DNA of 64,000 bases from Lytechinus pictus. Its lineage: Eukaryota. A program made the position numbers and the translations under genes. Below are positions 53,201 to 62,200 of this stretch, one piece after another. The DNA lies in assembly GCF_037042905.1 (NCBI RefSeq), contig NC_087251.1:37698001-37762000 (forward strand), in the 5' to 3' direction. The stretch's first letter is position 1, and every line of letters starts with the position of its first letter. The notes beneath the pieces are model-generated. The model was not told the DNA's origin and searched no databases. It saw nothing but the letters and a program-made list of their open reading frames with translations.

Positions 53201-56200
53201 ACCATACACAACATCAAGTCAGCATACACAACAAGTACAGGTATGAAATTGGATCAATGTTCCAAAATAAAAATGAGTTGTTGAAATAATTTTTTTCAGT
53301 TATTTTTATTTTTTTGCCAGAGAAAATTTATCACCATGGAATTACTGAGTGAGTCAGAGAGAATTTTACTCCTAAAAAATTGTCCACAACATCCAACTAT
53401 CATATTACAGTATCTTCTCTAGAATAATTTTATACCATTTTGATGTGGTATATGTTTACACTTGGATAATTATGTGGTATATGTTTACACTTGGATAATT
53501 ATGTGGTATTCTTTGTCGTGAAGCAAAATTTTATTTGTGCCAAAGTAAGGCATGAATGAAATTAATGAATCCAGATGTCCATGAAGCCATAATCCTACAT
53601 GAGTTGCAGGAAATGTCAATAAAATTGATATTGGACTAGATATTAAAAATGTTTATGAAGCAATTATCATGTTAACTTCTGAAAAAAATGCAATGTTATC
53701 ATATACATTGTAGTTTTAAGAGAATCATCACATTTTTTAGTTGACAAACTGTAGGCTTGACACACAGCTTAAACAGCAGACAGGTGAAAGTCATTTTTTT
53801 TCTCAATTCACCTTTTTTTATTCTTCTCTCCAGACTTGATATATTTTCATAACTTCTCGTATGTATCTCCATCGCCTTTGTGCGTTCTGATTTTAATGAT
53901 TTTCAGACTAATGAGGATGAACCAGACAAGCTGTATAAATGGATTGAACTCAAGGTCAAAGGTCATGATGATGCTGTTCTGGACAGCTACACTAAGTATG
54001 TAAATCTTGCTGCCACTGAACTGGATATCCAGATAGAAAGCATGTAAGTAAGATGTTATTTTAGGACTCTACCATAATTTTCCCTTTTGTAAACCAGCCC
54101 AGATAAAATGAAATTAGAAAAGAATGAAAGTTTGTGTCCCTAGGACCTCAACATTTATTGGGTTTTTATATTTTATAGATTTGGCATTTGATTGTTTGCT
54201 TTTGGGTTTTTTATGCCCCCGCAGACGAAGTCCGTAGGGGGCATTAAGCGTTGCCCCTTTCCGTCCGTCCGTCCCCCCACTTGGTTTCCGCACAATAACT
54301 CAAAAAATATTTAATGGATTTTAAAACTTTTTGGTTTGTAGGTAGATGACACCAAAATACAGGCTAAGTTCGGAGTCTGCAGGTCAAAGGTCACAGCTCA
54401 TTAAATTTGCGAGTTGGTTTCCGCACAATAACTTGAAAATTATTTAATGGATTAAAAAAAAAATTTGTTTGTAGGTTGATGACACCAAAATACAGGCTAA
54501 GTTTGAATTTGGAGTCCGCAGGTCAAAGGTCACAGCTCATTAAATATGCGAGTTGGTTTCCACACAATATCTCGAAAAATATTCTATGGATTTTAAAACT
54601 TCTTGGTGTGTAGGTAGATGACACCAAAATACAGGCTGAGTTCGAAATCGGAGTCCGCAGGTCAAAGGTCACAGCTCATTAAATATGCGAGTTGGTTTCC
54701 GCACAATAACTCAAAAAATATTTAATGGATTTTAAAACTTTTTGGTGTGTAGGTAGATGACACCAAAATACAGGCTAAGTTCAAATTCGGAGTCCGCAGG
54801 TCAAAGGAGTTGGTTTCCGCAAAATAACTCGAAAAATATTTAATGGATTTTAAAACTTCTTGGTGTGTAGGTAGATGACACCAAAATACAGGCTAAGTTC
54901 GAATTCGGAGTCTGCAGGTCAAAGGTCACAGCTCATTAAATTTGCGAGTTGGTTTCCGCATAATAACTTGAAAATTATTTAATGGATTAAAAAAAATTTT
55001 TGTTTGTAGGTAGATGACACCAAAATACAGGCTAAGTTTGAATTTGGAGTCCGCAGGTCAAAGGTCACAGCTCATTAAATATGCAAGTTGGTTTCCGCAC
55101 AATAACTCAAAAAATATTTAATGGATTTTAAAACTTTTTGGTGTGTAGGTAGATGACACCAAAATACAGGCTAAGTTCAAATTCGGAGTCCGCAGGTCAA
55201 AGGAGTTGGTTTCCGCAAAATAACTCGAAAAATATTTAATGGATTTTAAAACTTCTTGGTGTGTAGGTAGATGACACCAAAATACAGGCTGAGTTCGAAT
55301 TCGGAGTTCGCAGATCAAAGGTCACAGCTCATTGAATATGCGAGTTGGTTTCTGCGCAATAACACAAAAAATGTATTAATGGATTTAAAAAATTCTTGGA
55401 GTGTAGGTAGATGACACCAAAATACAGGCTAAGTTCAATTCGGAGTTCGCAGATCAAAGGTCACAGCTCATTAAATATGCGAGTTGGTTTCTGCGCAATA
55501 ACTCAAAAAATATTTAATGGATTAAAAAAAATTTTGGTGTGTAGGTAGATGACACCAAAATACAGGCTAAGTTGGATTTCAGAGTCTGCAGGTCAGAAGT
55601 CAAAGGTCACAGCTCATTAAATATGCAAGTTGGTTTCCGCATGATAACTTATGAAATATTCAACAGATTAAAAAAAAATTGCGTGTGTAGGCAGATGACT
55701 CCAAAATACAGGCAAAGTTCAAATTTCGAATCCGCAGGTCAAAGGTCACAGCTCATTATATATGCGAGTTGGTTCAAAGGTCTAAATTTGTTCATTATAT
55801 ATATGCATATGGGATTCTGCACAATATTAAGTTCAATCATATTGAATGAATTTCTGATTGCGTTAAGCGGGGGCATCTGTGTCCTTTGGACACGTCAAAT
55901 TTCTAGTTTTTGTGTCACCTGCATAGCAAAGTGAGACTATAGGCGCCGCTTTTCCGACGGCGGCGGTGGCGGCGGCGTCAACACCAAATCTTAACCGAAG
56001 GTTAAGTTTTTGAAATGACAGCATAACTTAGAAAGTATATGGACCTAGTTCATGAAACTTGGCCATAAGGTTAATCAAGTATCACTGAACATCCTGTGCA
56101 AGTTTCAGGTCACATGATTAAGGTCAAAGGTCAATGAACTTTGGCCATAATGGGGGTATCTGTTGAATTACCATCATAACTTTGAAAGTTTATGGATCTG

Positions 56201-59200
56201 ACTCATGAAACTTGGACATAAGAGTAATCAAGTATCACTGAACATCCTGTGCAAGTTTTAGGTCACATGTTCAAGGTCAAAGGTCATGTGAGGTCAATGA
56301 ACTTTGGCCATGTTTGGGGTATTTGTTGAATTACCATCATATCTCTGTAAGTGTATTGGTCTAGTTCATAAAACGTGGACATAAGAGAAACCAAGTATCA
56401 CTGAACATCTTGTGCGAGTTATAGTAGTTTTCAAAGTCAGCACTGCTGCTATATTGAATCGCGTGAAGCAGGTGAGACCGCCAGAGGCATTCCACCTGTT
56501 TTTCTCTTTTTTTTCTTTCTTTCTTTTGTGTGGATATTTTAGTGTGAGTAGTTTAGTGAAGTGGTATATTTCCCTCCACCCTGCATTGTTATTCAGCACC
56601 TAGTAAATGTGATTCAGTAATTACAGATGTAATTTTCATCGAAAGCTCTCTTGCTGGTCTTATATATGTTGAATGAAACAGGAACATAAATCAATCAATA
56701 AAATGATCAGAGATTAACAAACGACAGAAACATGCTTAAATTAACCAAATAATAAATCCTTGTCATGAGAGGTTTATTAACAAAATGTTACATCCTGGTC
56801 ATAAGTAGCTTTTTATGTTTATAGAAGAGCCGTGGTGTAGTGGTTCTGACTCTCACATTGTAAACAGAGGGTCGTGTGTTCGAATCCCACCACAGTCTAG
56901 CGTCCTTTGGCAAGGCGTTAATCCACACTTTGCCACTCTTGACCCAGGTGCTAAATTGGTACCCGGTAGGATGTGAAAGATATTGTATGTTTGATTTTGC
57001 CAGCGCCATAATGAGGCTGCAAGGAATGCTCCCCAGGGAGTGGAAATTGTGCACTTTTTGTGCAGGATTGAAATGAATCCAATGACCAGGGTAATAATAT
57101 GCTGTCACGCGCTTTGAGCCATTCTGGGAAAAAGCTTTATAAAAATTGGCTATTATTATTATTTATATATATATATGTGTTCAGGAAGTGTCAAGTTTTC
57201 TGTGTTGTGCATATCTTTACTTAAAATACAGTGCGTCCCAGAAAAAAGGAAACCAAGATTCCCACATCTTTAATGTCAAAATCAGGTTGTGCAGAACAAT
57301 TGGACAAGATTGGTTCGTGATACGACAACCGTGCTTATTCAACAATTGGCCCAGTAGCATTTCGTTTGTACTCTTTGTTAAATTTCTCTCACTGATTCCT
57401 AAAATGAGAGTCAATTCAGATTAACAATTGAATTTCTGCGCAAATCTGATAGGCCTCAATATCTATTGTTTGTAATCTGTCATGCGTGAATGATTTGCTA
57501 AGCTGGTGGTCTCAAAAGATGAGATTTCACTCTTAGTATTGAATATGTACATGTTTGATAATTATGAAATCTATCACTGAAAACGGGTTTTCTTTTTTGG
57601 GGGGACGCAATGTATAGTAGTTGTAAATAATGTACATGTGGTAGACTTGCAGGCCTTAAATTGTAGACCTAAAATTAATCCAAGGACATTGATTGCCATG
57701 GTCTTGCATATGAAATTGATTGCATCCATACCCCCATCATTCAACTTGGATATTTGTTGTGCCCTTTACATTTTCCCTATTAGTGATCGCCAATATGTTA
57801 TTGTATTTGATGTGTCTTGTGAAATGTCGCCCTCTGCGAGGGATGATGTCTTATCGGCCCTTACGATGGCCGCGCACGATAAATGAGGTTTGCCCTAATG
57901 TTGGTGTAATAAAATTGTTATTACTGTAACTGGTTTCCCATCTCCTTTATTACTTAATGTCGTGGTGACAGCTGGGATTTGAACCTTGCCTGCTCCGCAC
58001 ACCAATGGGATTCATGCTATCCCGAGCAACCAGTTGGTCGGCAAAAATGTGTCGTGATAGGTGTAACGATTTTTTACTACCTCAGTGCCGTAGTCCCACA
58101 CACAGTCCTTTGAATGGCTGTTCCCTCACCGAGGTCAAGACCTCGCCCCCAGGCCCGAGAGCGAGGCCGCCCCAGTCAAGTTGGTTCTTGTACTTTTCTG
58201 TCAGACTTTTCTAACTTTTCTAGTCATGCAATTAGTGAATCAAGTAATTACACAATCAGTAAATCAAGAAATTACACAGTAAATCAAGAAATCAGACATA
58301 GTACACGTACAATTAGTAGATTTAATTGTGTGGAAGATGTACCTGTCGGTGACAGGTCCGGTTATAATGGTCATGATTGTGATAATGAGAATAAACCAGA
58401 CGGTGATTGTGAAGTGGAGAATGAACTAGAAGATGATTATGGTGATGAGAATGAACCAGAATCGGAAGTTGATTATGAGGTTGAGAATGAATCAGAAGAT
58501 GATTATGAATATGAGAATGACCCAGAAGATGATTATGTTGATGAGAATGAACCAGAAGATTATGACAGTTTTCATTGTGGTCAAGTTAGATATAAGTTGG
58601 ATGATTCCAGACGAAAGTCATGCTTTGATCTACATTGCCAATCATATCCTCAGAATCAGATTAGAGTTTTACACGTACACTTAACTAGCCATAAGCTTAA
58701 CGATCGAGCCTTGTCCGATGATCATGAGTCGAGAGAAGATGATATCGGTAGTAGGTCTAGTAAAGAGATGTGTGATAGATCTGCCTATTATGACATGAAT
58801 GATGACCACAAGTGTGATGTCCAGTGTGTTGTACCTTGCCATCGGTATACGTCGAGTCCTGAACATATCCAGGCTACCGATAGTTATAGCATGACACCTA
58901 CATCGATTCAGACTAGTCCTAGGCCCGCCTTAGTTCATCATAGGCCTAACGTTAACCAAGTTGTGTGCCCACTTTGTCTTAATGCTAGTCGGCATTGTTA
59001 CCGCCACCATATTGGTGACTGTCCATTCTTGCCCGACCATGAAAGGCGCATGATTACTCGAGCTCGCAAGGCCGCTAGCATTCTCGGCTACACCAATTTC
59101 CAGACTTGTAGTGATACCTGCGATGAGTTGATTGTAGATCATGACCCTGGTTATGATCGTGTTCCAGGCTGTATTCCTTCTGAAGATGTTGACTGTTCAT

Positions 59201-62200
59201 CGTATGCCGTGGATCCTTCCTCTGTAGATCCTAATTTACATCTTGGTTGCTTCGATGACTCGAAGTCAGAGTCAGCCTTTCAGGGAGACCCTCACTGGTG
59301 CAATGGACTTTCATCAGAGTCAGATGAGGTCCAAGTTCCTCACATTATGCCACATAGGTCTGTGGCTAGTTCAGTCGTTGTGCCTAATCAGGCCCCCGTG
59401 ACTCCGTTTGTGGAACTTTTCCATGGTGATCAGTGTGTCCGTGTCAGCATTGTCAGTGGGTCTACGGAGAATTTGATTTTACATTCTACGGTTCAAGATC
59501 TTGGGGCTGTGATAACCGCCACTTCCCGATCAGTTCAACCTACTGACAATTCCTCCCCTCTTACGATTGTAGGTGAGACCTGTCTCACATTCACAAGGGA
59601 CAACAGACAGTTTCTTTTCAAAGGATTAGTGGTAGAGTCTTTGGATGTTGCTGTACAGGCTGGAATTCCATTCATGGAATTACATGATGTATTTCTCCGA
59701 CCGGCTAAGCTTGTAGTATCATTCGGTGATGGACCATCGTATCCATACGGTCCTTCAGCTATCTCTCTTTCCGATGCGCTTGCTGCTGGCTTACCTGACT
59801 CTACGTCCGATGGCGTTGACCAATCTTACCTTGTTTCAACTCCGGACTCCTGTAATTGTGAACGAGCCCATCCTGCTGTTGCAGACCAGTCATCTACAAG
59901 TGAAGTCGTTAGAGACATCGAACCTGTTGTTGACTCAGACCGACATCCTATAGCCGTGGAGCCCACCAGTGAGCTTATAACACCTCAACAGCCATCGGCT
60001 CTTGATCATGACTCTTTATACCATATAAACTGTGCAGTCCATGACTCATCTGATGTTTCTGTATCTCAACCGGATCGTAGTCGGTCATTGGATCCTACAT
60101 TGTATGATGACAGTTGGTGCCACCTGAATACCCTTCCTCTTTCAACACCTGTGGTCAAGGGTTCTTGTGCTCTCATACACAACATCACCGTCGCCGAGCA
60201 TCATCATATGGCTCCTCATCCTTGTATCCTACGTATCAATGACCCTCCTGGTCGACCCCCGGATTCTCCTGGTGATATCCCAGGTGATGCTTCAGGTCCT
60301 ACCAGTGATCCCTGGTGCTGCAAGATGTTGGATCCTCAGTTCAGGTGGCCAGACACCGTTGTGCCGTTCACTTTTGCCCTCATGATGACTTTACAGAGTC
60401 GGCCATGTCACCCTGTTGGAGAACACATTGGACTCCCCCCAGGTCGTCCTCCGGATATTGACTTTAAATCACGCAGGACCCCTTACTAGATTGCCGACTG
60501 ATATGACCCTTCTTCAAGAGGCCCTTTCAGGAACGTCGATGGGCAAAGACTTTGTTTAATGTTCCATCGCATTCTGTGAGTGACACCTATCTATGGACTT
60601 AAATACAGAGGACTCATTCATGACAGTATATGAACTGGTATCCTTATGCTCATCATACTGATATGGACAGTATATACTCCAGTCTTCTCTGTTTTCTTCT
60701 TTTCCTGTTACACTTTTGTCTTTTTGCCTTTTTTGTGATGTGATTTGTGCATGTTTTTGATTCGTATAATTTCAGCCTTTGCTGATATTTGTATATAATG
60801 TAACAGTGGACCATATTATTATTGTTTTGGTTATTGCTAAATAAATTGTATCCCTTTGGTTATATTAGGTACCATACAGTTTTTTAGGTGTTACATAAAT
60901 TGTTCCCTTTTACGTATACATTATTAATGACTACAAGTTATTGATTACATGTTTATTTTGGTAATTTCCATCTCAGTGCAAGGTGAGTTGGTAACCCAAT
61001 ATTTATAATTGTTTTTTTTTAATTACATGTATGTATGTTATACTGGTTTTTATTAAACGTTGAGATATTAGTATCCGGATGTATAGTGGGAGCCTGAATG
61101 CCCCTTTTTATCAGCTATTTTAGGTTAGCAATTTTTTGGCAATTCATAAATACATCTTTTACTTTCCATAGTTTGTGGTAGTTTGGTAATCTGCTCTTAG
61201 TTTGGCATGTTTTGTTGGTTCGCCTTTAGACATTGCGCTTTTTATAGCTGAGATGTGGAGGCTGGATAGTGCCCATTGTACCTTCACTAATTTTTTATTA
61301 CTGGAACAATTTGTACACTTTCATGTTTTTTGTTTTTTTTACCTACCCCAGTTTTTATTTGCTTTATGTGACCCTTCGCCTATTTTTTACATTCTGTTTA
61401 ATGTTTGCTAATACTAGTATGTGCAAAGACTGCCTTTTGCTGAGCAGGATTTGTGGGCCGGTATTCTTAAATGTTTTTACAGTTGGAAAATATATCATTA
61501 GATTGTTTATGTGCTAACTGTGATAGGATTGTTTGTCTTCAGTATGCGAGGCAGTGATGTTATTCATTTGCATTCTATTTCGCATCAGAAACAAATAGAA
61601 TGTAAGTTGCATTTTACATTTTTCAGTATTTGCACATTTATGTATCTATTGGTGCATGGGTTCATAAGTGTTCACAATGATTGTACTTATTGAATGTATT
61701 GTGTATTGCTATGCTCTTTTAGTTTTGTAGCATTTGCAAGTATCCACAATGATTGTGTTTATGGATGCATTTATCTAGTGATGCCTTTTTAGCTTTTGTC
61801 CTTAGTCCTGCTTTAACCGACTGTTGTATAGCGTGTGTTGACAATATTGATGTTGCTACATGAATTTGACTGTTTTACAGCTTTTAACCTTTTTAGCATA
61901 TATGGAGATGTCTTGACGGCTATTATTGTTTCCCCCTTTTTAGTTGGTTTGATATAGGTCCTGTTGATGGACTATTGGTATGTGTTTTGCCCACAGGTAG
62001 AAGGGTAGATGAGATGTTGGTTATGTATTTATGTGTATTGCCTACAGATAGAAGGGTAGATAAGATGTTGGTTATTTATTTATTTACGCTTGTTGTATAA
62101 AGTCTAAAGTTATAATGCTTTTTAATCAGTTTCATGTAGTAACCATGGGAATGGCCAATGCTTTGTATTGATACTGATTTGTTAACTTACTTTGATTAAT

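Noticed and set aside
54281..55780. CRISPR-like array
   Set aside because: Whole 139-bp units repeat with no unique spacers; the context is a eukaryotic intron with no cas genes.
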